Assembly (NCBI GenBank): GCA_012523545.1
Contig: JAAYIH010000021.1
Span: 4,357 to 68,356, forward strand
Length of the DNA: 64,000 bases
Direction of reading: 5' to 3'
Source: Bacillota bacterium
GTDB taxonomy: Bacteria > Bacillota > Proteinivoracia > UBA4975
Position numbers and translations under genes: made by a program. Position 1 is the first letter of the stretch; each line of letters begins with the position of its first letter. Of this stretch, positions 9,263 to 18,602 are shown one piece after another. The notes beneath the pieces are model-generated. The model did no database searches, had not been told where the DNA came from, and worked only from the letters and a program-made list of their open reading frames with translations.

Positions 9263-10606
9263 TTAGTCGGCAAAGAAATTCATGGGGTTGAGGAGGTTGT
9301 CGTAGCGCTGCACCTCCCAGTGCAAATGGGGGCCGGTGCTGAACCCGGTGCTGCCTACCCAGGCAATGACCTGGCCGCGCACCACTTTCTTGCCCACCTG
9401 GACGGAACTGTCAATGCGGGAAACATGGGCATACAAGGTGGAATACCCGTCGCTGTGCTCCAGCTCCACGTAATACCCGTAGGACTTGCTGTACGCCCGG
9501 GTACGCACTATGCCGTCGGCGGCGGCATAAATGGGCGTGCCTTTAGGAGCGGCAATGTCCACCCCCCGGTGGGGACCGGTGGGACGCACAACGCCAAATT
9601 TCGACGTAATCTTGCCGCTGTTAAGGGGGAAGCGGAACATGCCGGTGGGCCTGGCCGGCCAGTAGCCAATCCCCGTCATTACTTCCTTGGTCTCGGGGGC
9701 GCGGGTGACGGTGGAGGAAATTTGCCTGCGCCGCACTTCCTTGCCGTTGACCTTCTCCACCCGGTATACCACCTCTCGCTTGCCGTCGGATCCGGACTTG
9801 AGCACGATGTCGTGGCGCACGCTCATGTCGGGATTGGCTGTGTAGCGGACGGGGCGGGGAATGGTCTCGGTGACACGCAGGTCTTCCACGGTTTTTACAT
9901 GCAGGAGGGCGTTGCTTCTCTCCAGGTTCAGGACCTGTCCCACCTGGATGGTGTCGCCCTTGAGGCCTGGATTGGCCTGCCGCAGCCTTTCCAGGGAGGT
10001 GTTGTGCGCGCGGGCGATGCCCGGCAGGGTGTCGCCGCGCTGAACCACGTAGGTCTTTAGTTCAGCCTCGCCGCTCAGGAGAAGGGAGAGAGCTGCGTCT
10101 TTTTCCATAACTGAGCGCGGGTCTACCGGCACGCTTTCAATCGTCACTTCTTCCTGAAATTCCGCCGAAACCAGTGTCCGGTTTGAACCTTTGGGCAGGT
10201 AGGCAGCCTTGACCGCTTCCAGGACCTCCTCGGCGGCAGAACGGGAATCCAGCAGGGCAACGGGCTCTGCGTCGACGACAATGGCCCAGCCCCGTGCAGT
10301 ATACGTGGCCATGTCTTCAAGCCGGGCCGCCACCGCAACGGGGGAGGGTTGCAGATTCCACCGGCGCACGCGGAAAGCTTTGACTTCCTCGTTCATGGCC
10401 AGGGAGCAACCCCAGTATTCTTCTGCCCGGCACTGGACGGAACTCACTATTGCGCAAAACTCCTCCAGGCTGGCCACATGGCCTATGAGCTCGGAGTCAA
10501 CGGTCACCGCGTACACCCATTGCGGGCGGCACGCAAGGTAGCCGGCCCCTGCAAAAAAGAAAGTGACGAAAACCAGGGCCAGGACCCAGACAGATTTCCT
10601 GAACAC
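9263..10606 (-). CDS. Membrane-anchored LysM-domain M23 (LytM-family) peptidase
   Basis: N-terminal transmembrane helix, a LysM domain (YVVQRGDTLPGIARAHNTSLERL), and an intact M23 motif set (GPHRGVDIAAPKGTPIYAA...HLHWEV). The start is probably the GTG at 10606 (AAGGAAG 6 nt upstream). The track start at 10630 is a TTG. Confidence 0.8.
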   Translation of the reverse strand: MFRKSVWVLALVFVTFFFAGAGYLACRPQWVYAVTVDSELIGHVASLEEFCAIVSSVQCRAEEYWGCSLAMNEEVKAFRVRRWNLQPSPVAVAARLEDMATYTARGWAIVVDAEPVALLDSRSAAEEVLEAVKAAYLPKGSNRTLVSAEFQEEVTIESVPVDPRSVMEKDAALSLLLSGEAELKTYVVQRGDTLPGIARAHNTSLERLRQANPGLKGDTIQVGQVLNLERSNALLHVKTVEDLRVTETIPRPVRYTANPDMSVRHDIVLKSGSDGKREVVYRVEKVNGKEVRRRQISSTVTRAPETKEVMTGIGYWPARPTGMFRFPLNSGKITSKFGVVRPTGPHRGVDIAAPKGTPIYAAADGIVRTRAYSKSYGYYVELEHSDGYSTLYAHVSRIDSSVQVGKKVVRGQVIAWVGSTGFSTGPHLHWEVQRYDNLLNPMNFFAD

Positions 10607-10695
10607 GAAAATCTTCCTTTCCTGGGGCAAAATGTCAAATTTCCTGTTAGATTTCGCCGCCGCCGGGGCGTTACCCTTTTATTGGAATATTTTAA

Positions 10696-11256
10696 CTATG
10701 CCTGGACCCGGGCCGCCTCCCATTCCCGGCGCAAAAGCCCGTAAACGACGTGGTCGACATAGTGGTCGTACAACCATTCAGCGGCGCGGATTGTGCCCTC
10801 CTGCCGGAAGCCCAGGCGCTGCGGAATGGCCCGGCTGCGATGATTCTCCACAGCACAGCGGATTTCCACCCGATTGAGGCCGAGTCCTGCAAAGCAATGG
10901 TCGATAACGGCCCGGCAGGCGGCGGTCATCAGACCACGGCCCTGGTACAGGGCTCCCAGCCAGTAGCCCAGCATGGCGGAATGGTTGCGCTGCAAAAACT
11001 GGGCGCCCAGCACTCCGGCCAGGTTGCCATCGACCCAGAGGCCCATGTGCATTTCCCGGCCCTCGGCAAACAGCCGCAAAGCCTCTTTAATCCACTGCCG
11101 GCTGTCCCGCACCGTAACCATGGCATCGACCCAGGGCAGCCAGCGCCGCAGGTGGGCCCGGTTGGCGTCGATCAACAGCGCCATTTCCTGGGCGTGGCGA
11201 GGCTCCAGCAGCGCCAGGCAGGCGTCGTTCTCCAGCGACTTGCAAAACACGGTCAT
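10696..11256 (-). CDS. GNAT-family N-acetyltransferase (RimJ/RimL-like)
   Basis: RimL-like sequence, e.g. WVDGNLAGVLGAQF..NHSAMLGYWLGALYQGRGLMT. Confidence 0.75.
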   Translation of the reverse strand: MTVFCKSLENDACLALLEPRHAQEMALLIDANRAHLRRWLPWVDAMVTVRDSRQWIKEALRLFAEGREMHMGLWVDGNLAGVLGAQFLQRNHSAMLGYWLGALYQGRGLMTAACRAVIDHCFAGLGLNRVEIRCAVENHRSRAIPQRLGFRQEGTIRAAEWLYDHYVDHVVYGLLRREWEAARVQA

Positions 11257-11330
11257 CCTCCTCCCGGTTTCCTCAATTTACCTGTATTGTAACCCATTTG
11301 CCTGTGCGGGCAAAGAAAAAAGGCTGATAA

Positions 11331-11888
11331 TCAGCCTGTTATCGTGGTGTGGATGACGCTTTCTGGATTGGCGGCCATCAGGTTGCGATAGTGCAGAAAT
11401 GTGTGCCGGTCAAAGAGGACAAAGCGAACCCGCCGGACGTTGCGCAGCAACGGAGCAGCCTTGCGCACCGCGCGCAGGGCAATGGCCGCCGCACTTACCG
11501 GCGGCGTGCCCAGGGAACCCGAGAACAGGGAGGGAAATGCCACCGAGGTCAAGCCGTGTTCGTCGGCCAGCAACAGCGACTGGAGGTAGCATTTTTCCAG
11601 CAGGGCGACAGAACGGTTGCAGGATCCCGCGGGCGGCAGGCAGTGAATGACCTTTTTGTTGGGCAACCGGCAAGCTGAAGTAATAATTGCCTGTCCGGGG
11701 TTGAGGGGAGCATGGGCGAGACACTCCTGGTACAATTCGGGTCCGGCCTTGCTGTGAATTGCGCCCGACACCCCGGCGCCCGGGACCAGTCCGGGAGCAG
11801 CGGGGTTGACGATGGCGTCCATGTCCGCCTGCGCTGTAATGTTGCCAATGCTGCATTCAATTGTAACACCGTCTACTAAAATGCGCAT
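11331..11888 (-). CDS. Macro-domain protein (ADP-ribose / O-acetyl-ADP-ribose binding or hydrolysing)
   Basis: Macro-domain signature (IVNPAAPGLVPGAGVSGAIHSKAGPEL). A hairpin plus T-run lies just downstream at about 11305..11335. Confidence 0.8.
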   Translation of the reverse strand: MRILVDGVTIECSIGNITAQADMDAIVNPAAPGLVPGAGVSGAIHSKAGPELYQECLAHAPLNPGQAIITSACRLPNKKVIHCLPPAGSCNRSVALLEKCYLQSLLLADEHGLTSVAFPSLFSGSLGTPPVSAAAIALRAVRKAAPLLRNVRRVRFVLFDRHTFLHYRNLMAANPESVIHTTITG

Positions 11889-11975
11889 TTCTGCCCTCCA
11901 TTAATTGGGATTTGCTATAATATGCGCATGCCCGGTGTTTTTTCTGTCCATGGCCGGCTGTTTTTTCCGCCGCTT

Positions 11976-12731
11976 TCAGCCGCCGGCGGGCAACTGGGCG
12001 AAGGAGATGAGCTGGTAGCCGTACTCCTGCGGGAATGTCTCCCGGGCGTAGGCGCATACCACTGCCAGCTCCCGTTCCCGCTGCCAGGTATAAGCGGAAA
12101 GGTTTTCCAGGTCGGCATCCACCATGCCCGGCCGGCAGCGGAATTCTGCGGTTTCGGCCCGGCACTCCCGGAGCAGGCGCTCGAAGTTGGGCCGGGTAGC
12201 CCCCCTGCCCTGGAACTGATCGATGAGGGCGCCGGTGGTGACGGCCCCCGCCGCTTTGTACCGCTCCCGGGCGTGGGGCGCCAGGCGCAGGGGCAGTCCC
12301 AGCCTGGCGGCAAAGTCCAGCAGCACCGCCAGGATGTTGTCCAGGGCGTGGATGCCCTGATGGCCGTCGACATGGGAGGGCGCGATGCCGGAACGGCACA
12401 GGCGGTTATACTGGTTGTACAATTCCCGGGTAATATCCAGCGGGTCGGCCGCCGCCAGCTGTTTCAGATCGCCATGGAACCTGCCCTGGGCGTCCACCAG
12501 CGTGGGAACAGAGCGGGGCGGCGTCACGGGGCAGCCCAGGGTGAGGTTGAAGTGCAGGCCGACGCTCAGGCCCGGCAGCCTTTTCGCCAGTTCTGCCGCG
12601 TGGTCCCAGCAGGGCATGTTGACCATGGCCGAAGCGCTGGTGACGATGCCCAGGCGAAAACCCCGGGCGATGCCCTTGTTTATGCCGCGGGTGAGGCCAA
12701 AGTCGTCGGCGTTGACAATCAGTTTGCGCAT
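11976..12731 (-). CDS. ChbG/HpnK/YdjC-family carbohydrate deacetylase
   Basis: The start was moved to the ATG at 12731 (GGAGGGAG RBS). The N-terminus (MRKLIVNADDFGLTRGINKGI) is typical of the YdjC family. Confidence 0.75.
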   Translation of the reverse strand: MRKLIVNADDFGLTRGINKGIARGFRLGIVTSASAMVNMPCWDHAAELAKRLPGLSVGLHFNLTLGCPVTPPRSVPTLVDAQGRFHGDLKQLAAADPLDITRELYNQYNRLCRSGIAPSHVDGHQGIHALDNILAVLLDFAARLGLPLRLAPHARERYKAAGAVTTGALIDQFQGRGATRPNFERLLRECRAETAEFRCRPGMVDADLENLSAYTWQRERELAVVCAYARETFPQEYGYQLISFAQLPAGG

Positions 12732-12798
12732 CTTCTCCCTCCTTCCTCGCTGTTTCTTTGCGCCAACTGTGCTAGAATAGACAGGGAGGACATGGACC

Positions 12799-13365
12799 AT
12801 GAAGCTGAACCGAGATTTTTACGCCCGGCCGGCGCCGGAGGTGGCCCGGGACCTGTTGGGTAAGATTCTTGTCCACGCCGGCCCCGAGGGGCTGTGCTCG
12901 GGCCGCATTGTGGAAACAGAAGCCTACACCCAGGACGACCCGGCCTGCCACGCCTACCGGGGCAAAACCAGGCGCAATGCCGTGATGTTCGGCCCGCCGG
13001 GGATGGGCTACGTCTACTTTATCTACGGCATGCACTGCTGTTTTAACGCCGTCACAGGCCGGGAAGGGCTGGGCGAAGCGGTGCTGGTGCGCGCCCTGGA
13101 GCCCCTGGAAGGCAAGGCCCTGATGGCCGCCCGCCGGGGCGTGGCGGAAGAAAAGCTGTTGTGTTCGGGCCCGGCCCGCCTCTGCCAGGCCCTGGGCATC
13201 ACCATGGCCCACAACGGCGTCGACCTGACCGGCGACGCCCTCTACATCCTCGACGGACCGGTTTCCGTCCCGGTGGCGACCTCGTCCCGCATTGGCATCA
13301 GCAAGGGCCGGGAACTCCCCTACCGCTTTTACATTCCCGGAAACAAATACGTATCGCGCCTTTAG
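12799..13365 (+). CDS. mpg: DNA-3-methyladenine glycosylase (Mpg/AAG family)
   Basis: [25 protein letters not shown]...GRIVETEAY...[13 protein letters not shown] is conserved in 3-methyladenine glycosylase II. Confidence 0.85.
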   Translation: MKLNRDFYARPAPEVARDLLGKILVHAGPEGLCSGRIVETEAYTQDDPACHAYRGKTRRNAVMFGPPGMGYVYFIYGMHCCFNAVTGREGLGEAVLVRALEPLEGKALMAARRGVAEEKLLCSGPARLCQALGITMAHNGVDLTGDALYILDGPVSVPVATSSRIGISKGRELPYRFYIPGNKYVSRL

Positions 13366-13443
13366 CCCGCGGTTCTTGCCTCCAGGCAGGGAAACAACCG
13401 TTCGCCGGCGAAAAGGTCTTTATTACGCTTTGGGAGGTGCGGC

Positions 13444-14490
13444 ATGAAGATACTGCACACCGCCGATGTGCATCTGCACACCGAACATCCCCGGCGCCTG
13501 GAAGCCCTGCAGGAGCTGGTCAGTCTGGGCCGGGAAGAGAACATCGACCTGCTGCTCATTGCCGGCGACCTCTTCGACGACCACCAGCAGGCGGAATTGT
13601 TGCGGGGAGAAACCCGCAGATTATTCAGTAATTTACCCTATAAAGTCCTGGCTATACCCGGAAACCACGATGAACGGGCATTTTCTCAGGACAGCTTTTG
13701 GGGCGCGGACTTTTCCGCCCTTACCCAACAGCCTTGTTCCGTCCAGGATTTCGGCGCCTGGCGCATTGTGGCAGTGCCCTATACCACCGGCAGCTTCGCC
13801 TCCCTGGCCCCGACCCTCAAGGAAAAGGCCGTCCCCGGCAAGACGAATGTCCTCCTGCTGCACTGCTCCTGGTCGCTGCCCCATTACACCGGTGAAGACT
13901 ACGGCGGGGAGGACCTGCGCTACCTGCCCGTCACCGAAGAAACGCTGACCGGGCTGGGCTACGACTACATCCTGGCGGGGCATTTCCACGCCACGTACAA
14001 GCAACGCCGGTTGCCCTGCGGCGCCGTGTTCGTCTACCCCGGTTCGCCTGTCTCGGTAACGGCGCGCGAACAGGGTCCCCGCGCCGTCAACCTGGTGGAT
14101 CAGGAGGGGTGCCGCCCCCTGTCCCTCAACACCTGGTACTTCCAAACCGCAGATTTCCAACTCACCCCAGGCAACACCCGGGAGGTGCTCAGGCAGGTGG
14201 AGCAAACCCTGGCCGAGCATTCCCCGCATAATTGCCAGCTGACCATCAACATAAGCGGGTTCATCGACGAGGCGGAAACAGAGTTTCAGGCCAGGTTGGA
14301 GGCCATGGTGGCCGGGCGCGCAAACACCGAGCTTAAGCCCTTGTACCTCAGCGTCCGCCACATCCTGGACAACCCCCTGTACCAGCGCTTCAGCCAATAC
14401 CTGGAGCAGGAGTCCGATCCCGAGCTGCGCCGGCGCATGGAAGCCATGGCACTGGAGGCCTTGAGCCAGCTCTTTGCGGAGGGAAGATGA
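13444..14490 (+). CDS. Mre11/SbcD-like metallophosphoesterase nuclease (SbcF/YhaO-like)
   Basis: Calcineurin-like motifs are present (HTADVHL; GDLFD; GNHD; GHFH). It overlaps the following ATPase gene by 4 nt. Confidence 0.8.
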   Translation: MKILHTADVHLHTEHPRRLEALQELVSLGREENIDLLLIAGDLFDDHQQAELLRGETRRLFSNLPYKVLAIPGNHDERAFSQDSFWGADFSALTQQPCSVQDFGAWRIVAVPYTTGSFASLAPTLKEKAVPGKTNVLLLHCSWSLPHYTGEDYGGEDLRYLPVTEETLTGLGYDYILAGHFHATYKQRRLPCGAVFVYPGSPVSVTAREQGPRAVNLVDQEGCRPLSLNTWYFQTADFQLTPGNTREVLRQVEQTLAEHSPHNCQLTINISGFIDEAETEFQARLEAMVAGRANTELKPLYLSVRHILDNPLYQRFSQYLEQESDPELRRRMEAMALEALSQLFAEGR

Positions 14491-16793
14491 TGGAAATCAG
14501 AGAAATCGCCATCGACCACTACGGACCCCTCAGGGACGCCCGGCACCGGCCCCGGCCGGGCCTGCAGATTTTTTTCGGGCCCAATGAAAGCGGCAAAACC
14601 CTGCTCATCGACGCCATCCTCAAGCTGATGCTGGGCAGCCGCATCAAAGACTTTGCCGGCCTGGACCGTGTGCCTGAAATGCCCAGGGGCCGGATTGCCC
14701 TGGCCGCCGACGGCCGGGAACACATCCTGGACGGCGACACCCTGCTGGACAAGGTCGTCGCCCTGGACAACAGCCACCTGCGCAACATCTTCGTCATCCG
14801 CAACAAGGACCTGAACATATCCGACCAGGCCGGTTACCTGCGCCGGGTCAGCGACGAGCTGACGGGCATGGAAACCTGGCGCATCGACCGCCTCAAGGCT
14901 GTCGTGCAAAAAATGGGCCGCCTCACCAACCCCTCTTCTGCGGCCCGGCTGTCCAAAAGCGCCGACTTTAACCACATCGGGGAACACGCGGAGGTTGCCG
15001 GGAGGCTGGCAGAGGAAATCCGGGACTACCTTGAGCAGGCCCGGGACAAGGAACTGGACGCCCTGGAGGTGCGCCTGGAGGACAACCGCCATCAGTTGAA
15101 ACAGCTGGCGGAAGAAATCCGGGTCCAGGAACAAGCCCGGAAATACCAGGAATACACCGAGCTGGTTGCCGCAGTGGCTGAATACGAAACAAAGACCGCC
15201 GAGGCCCGCGACCTGCAGGAATTCACCCACAGCAAACTCCTGGAGCTGCAGCATCTGGACAGCACTGCCCGCCACCACCGGCAGGCCGCCGCCAATAACC
15301 GGGAAAAACTCGCCGCCCTCAACGAAGAACTGGCAACGGCCAAAGACAGGCTGGCCGCGACCAAAGCCCAGCTGGCGCCGCTGGCAAAGCTGAAACCCGA
15401 CCTGGAACGCCTGCAACAGCGCATGCAACTGGCTGCCGAGCAGTCCCCGGCTCCCGCCGGCCAGCTCAAGGCTTTTGGCTATGCGCTCACAGCCCTCACA
15501 CCCCTGACGGCCCTGGTCCTGGTGCTGGCCGCTATGGGCAAGCTCCCCGGCGCCCTGCTTTACACCCCATACTTTTTCCTTTTACTGACATTGATTGTGC
15601 TCTACGCCGTGGCAAAGGCCCTGCACGCCCAGCGCCGCCACCAGGCCCTGCTCCAGGAAGGTGCGGCGGCAGGCATAATGGCCAGCACCCTGCAGGAGCT
15701 GGCGGCGGCGGTAACCAGGGAAAAGGACAACCTGGAAGCCAAAAACGCCCTGTTGCAAAACCTGGAAAACGAAGTCCACAGGCTGGAAGAGCGCGTCAAA
15801 GACCTGGAAGCGGCCATTGCCAATGACCGCAAGGAAGCAGACCAAGCTGCTGAGCAACTGGCTCAGGAGCTGCGGCGCCTGGGAGCCGATGATCTGGAGC
15901 AGTTCGCCCGGCTGGCCGACGAACACGGCCGGATTCAGGCAACGCGCCAGGAACTGGGCCAGCGCCTGGAAAAAGCCTTTGGCACCGCTCCCGGCGAGTC
16001 CGGAGACTGGCGCCGGCTGCTGGAGCAGCTGCCCCTTCCCCGGGACCCCGGCGTTGACTACGACAAGGCCAAACTGGAGGAGCTGCGCGCGCGCCGGGAC
16101 GAAATCCAAAGCGAAACTGATGAGCTCGAAAAGGCGCTGAGGCAACACCAAAGCGCCCTGGACCGGTTTGCCGACGCCTGTCAGGCGCTGCCCCTGGCCG
16201 AAGAAACGGGCCGCTCCCTGCCGGCTTTTTTTGCCAACCTGGAAATGCTGGAGCACGCCTGCTATATCCTGGAACAGTTTGCCCGGTCGGTGCGCGCCCG
16301 CTTCGACACCGCCCGCCAGGTCATCGGCATCCTGGAAAAGCTGGAGCAGGAAGAACACAAAAAAATGGCCCGGCTGGTGGGAGACGACAGCCCGGTGCAG
16401 GACTATTTCCGCCGCGTTACCGGGGGGCGCTACACCCGCGTCGTCCTGGACGACCAGCTGAACATACAAGTGCACAGCAAAGACGGCCTCGTCCTGCCGG
16501 CCACGTCCCTGAGCCAGGGCACCTACGATCAGCTGTACATGGCCCTGCGCCTGTCCCTGGCCCACGACATCCTGGGCGGCCGGCCCGGCTTCTTTATCCT
16601 CGACGACGCCTTCCTCTGCTCCGACACCCGCCGCCTGGACAGGCTGCTGGCAGTGATGGCGGAGCATGCCCAACGGGGCTGGCAAATTCTCTACTTCACC
16701 GTGGACGAGCGCATGGTGAAGGCCGCTGCCCGGTATACCGAAAACCCCATCTGCCACCTCCCGCCCCTGACTGCGGAGATGGCGGAGCAGTGA
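14487..16793 (+). CDS. Rad50/SbcC-like AAA ATPase with a long coiled coil containing two transmembrane helices (SbcE/YhaN-like)
   Basis: N-terminal Walker A (FFGPNESGKTLLIDAI), a long coiled coil in the middle, and a hydrophobic hairpin (ALTALTPLTALVLVLAAMG...YFFLLLTLIVLYAVA). The C-terminus carries the signature and Walker B/D-loop (LSQGTYDQLYMALRLSL..FFILDDAF). Confidence 0.75.
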   Translation: MMEIREIAIDHYGPLRDARHRPRPGLQIFFGPNESGKTLLIDAILKLMLGSRIKDFAGLDRVPEMPRGRIALAADGREHILDGDTLLDKVVALDNSHLRNIFVIRNKDLNISDQAGYLRRVSDELTGMETWRIDRLKAVVQKMGRLTNPSSAARLSKSADFNHIGEHAEVAGRLAEEIRDYLEQARDKELDALEVRLEDNRHQLKQLAEEIRVQEQARKYQEYTELVAAVAEYETKTAEARDLQEFTHSKLLELQHLDSTARHHRQAAANNREKLAALNEELATAKDRLAATKAQLAPLAKLKPDLERLQQRMQLAAEQSPAPAGQLKAFGYALTALTPLTALVLVLAAMGKLPGALLYTPYFFLLLTLIVLYAVAKALHAQRRHQALLQEGAAAGIMASTLQELAAAVTREKDNLEAKNALLQNLENEVHRLEERVKDLEAAIANDRKEADQAAEQLAQELRRLGADDLEQFARLADEHGRIQATRQELGQRLEKAFGTAPGESGDWRRLLEQLPLPRDPGVDYDKAKLEELRARRDEIQSETDELEKALRQHQSALDRFADACQALPLAEETGRSLPAFFANLEMLEHACYILEQFARSVRARFDTARQVIGILEKLEQEEHKKMARLVGDDSPVQDYFRRVTGGRYTRVVLDDQLNIQVHSKDGLVLPATSLSQGTYDQLYMALRLSLAHDILGGRPGFFILDDAFLCSDTRRLDRLLAVMAEHAQRGWQILYFTVDERMVKAAARYTENPICHLPPLTAEMAEQ

Positions 16794-16898
16794 TGTTGCG
16801 CCGGCAACAAATCAGGCAGAAATTGCAGTACACCCGGGCGAACCCCCTGGGTCTCGCCCTGGTAATAAATAAATCACTTTACACAGGAGGTAAGGTCT

Positions 16899-17744
16899 AT
16901 GGGAAAAGTCAAGATCTTCAGTGACAGCACATGCGATTTATCCCCCGAACTCGTCGCACAGTACGACATCGGAGTCGTGCCGGTATACGTCCGCTTTGGC
17001 GACCAGGTATACCGGGACGGCATCGACCTCACCGTGGAGGAACTGTACCAAAAGGTCGATGAACTGGGCGAATTGCCAGCAACGGCAGCCCCCTCTCCCG
17101 GCGACTTTGTCCAGGCCTTTAAGCCGTACATCGATGACGGGCTGGACATCGTCTTCGTCGGGATATCCTCGGACCTCTCGGCCATCCTGAACAATGCCCG
17201 CCTGGCCGCCCAGGAATTTCCGGAGGGCCGCGTGCACATAGCGGACGGCCGCAACCTCTCCACCGGCACCGGCATCCTGGTCTTAAAGGCCGCCGACTTT
17301 GCCGCCCAGGGCATGGATGCCAGGACCATTGCCGAAAAGATTGAAGCGCTGGCGCCCAAGGTAGAAACCGAGTTCATCGTCGACACCCTGGATTACCTGC
17401 ACAAGGGCGGGCGCTGCACCGGCCTCACCCGCCTGGTGGGCAGCATGCTGAAAATCCGGCCGTCCCTCAAGGTTATCGGCGGCAAGTTGTACCCCAACCA
17501 GAAGTTCCGGGGCACCAGGCAAAAAGCTCTCAACGGGCTGCTCAATACCGTCCTGGCCGTCAAAGATGAAATTGACCCGGAGCGGATCTTCATCACCCAC
17601 TCTGTCAGCGATGACGGGCCCTACCTTAAAGAGGAACTCCTCAAGCACATCGACGCTAAGGAAATCCTCATTACCCAGGCAGGCTGCGTAATTTCCAGCC
17701 ACTGCGGTCGCAATACTATCGGTATTATTTATATGAAAAAATAG
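16899..17744 (+). CDS. DegV-family fatty-acid-binding protein
   Basis: MGKVKIFSDSTCDL... DegV fold. The RBS is AGGAGGT. Confidence 0.85.
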   Translation: MGKVKIFSDSTCDLSPELVAQYDIGVVPVYVRFGDQVYRDGIDLTVEELYQKVDELGELPATAAPSPGDFVQAFKPYIDDGLDIVFVGISSDLSAILNNARLAAQEFPEGRVHIADGRNLSTGTGILVLKAADFAAQGMDARTIAEKIEALAPKVETEFIVDTLDYLHKGGRCTGLTRLVGSMLKIRPSLKVIGGKLYPNQKFRGTRQKALNGLLNTVLAVKDEIDPERIFITHSVSDDGPYLKEELLKHIDAKEILITQAGCVISSHCGRNTIGIIYMKK

Positions 17745-17772
17745 AGAGCTCCCCAGGAGCTCTCTGTTTTCA
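17744..17772 (+). terminator. Rho-independent terminator of degV
   Basis: agagagctccccaggagctctct hairpin followed by GTTTT. Confidence 0.5.
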
Positions 17773-17825
17773 GGCAGATTTTTACTCTGCATATGAACCG
17801 GCACCCGACACGGGCAGACATAAAC

Positions 17826-18023
17826 TCAATGAAATCTTGGTCGCGCTGCCTTCTGCCCTTTGGCGCAAAGTATACAAAACGATAAGAGGCGCCAGAACGG
17901 GAACAAACACCAGCCTCGTTTTAAGCGTGAGCAACCATAAAGAATGTCTTTGTTCAGTGCCCTGGCTTGTCTGTCCAGTGCGGAAATCAGATCTTCAGGC
18001 GAGCCGTTATACACGAAACGCAT
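17826..18023 (-). CDS. Possible 65-aa ORF between degV and the 3' end of ssrA
   Basis: GGAGGTG lies 5 nt before an ATG (MRFVYNGSPEDLISALDRQ...). It has no family signature and may not be a real gene. Confidence 0.15.
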   Translation of the reverse strand: MRFVYNGSPEDLISALDRQARALNKDILYGCSRLKRGWCLFPFWRLLSFCILCAKGQKAARPRFH

Positions 18024-18069
18024 TTGCCCACCTCCATCACCGCTATGTACCGGATGCGCTATTTCTTTG

Positions 18070-18100
18070 GAAAAAAAAACAAGCCTAAGCTTGCAGGCTT
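18070..18100 (-). terminator. Rho-independent terminator of ssrA
   Basis: On the minus strand, an aagcct/aggctt stem sits directly 3' of the tmRNA CCA end and is followed by a U-run. Confidence 0.5.
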
Positions 18101-18107
18101 TGTGAAA

Positions 18108-18465
18108 TGGTGGAGGCGGCGGGAGTCGAACCCGCGTCCGAAGGTTAAACAACAGCAGTCTCTCCGAGCGCAGTCCCTGTTTTGCTTCTCGCCCTCGACA
18201 GCTCCCAGGGACAGGATCTGCCTCAGACCAGCCTCCTTGCAGTTTCCCGGCGGCAGCGGAGGCGTGTGCCGGCGGTAGCCTGCATTAGCGACGCCCTGTT
18301 CAATTCCCGCAGGCAGGGAATTGAGAGGACGGCTGCTTAGTTAATTAAGCAGCGTAAGCGTAGTTGTTGTCGGCAGTTATTAGCCGTTTCCAGTTTTTAA
18401 CGGGGCCCGGCCCCCGGCTCGCTACTCCTGTCATTTCAAACCCCCGTCGAAACCATTACGCCCCC
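18108..18465 (-). ncRNA. ssrA: tmRNA (transfer-messenger RNA)
   Basis: The reverse complement has a canonical 5' end (GGGGGCGUAAUGGUUUCGACGGGGG) and a 3' tRNA-like end (GGGUUCGACUCCCGCCGCCUCCACCA). The tag reading frame is GCC GAC AAC AAC UAC GCU UAC GCU GCU UAA, encoding ADNNYAYAA, at about 18345..18374. Confidence 0.92.
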
Positions 18466-18602
18466 AGGTTGCGAGAGCCTGAAATTCAGGCACAATTATT
18501 ATAGCATCTTCAACGTTAAATATCAATTTTACGTGGTTTTTTGGTAAATTTTAGGAATAATTTACAGCCTTTCCGCCTATCCTATGACAGGAGGAAAGGC
18601 TT

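Noticed and set aside
17826-18152. A 108-aa track ORF overlapping the 3' end of ssrA
   Set aside because: Its upstream part is antisense to the tmRNA and its terminator. At most the last 65 codons, which have an RBS, could be coding; this is kept as a low-confidence feature.
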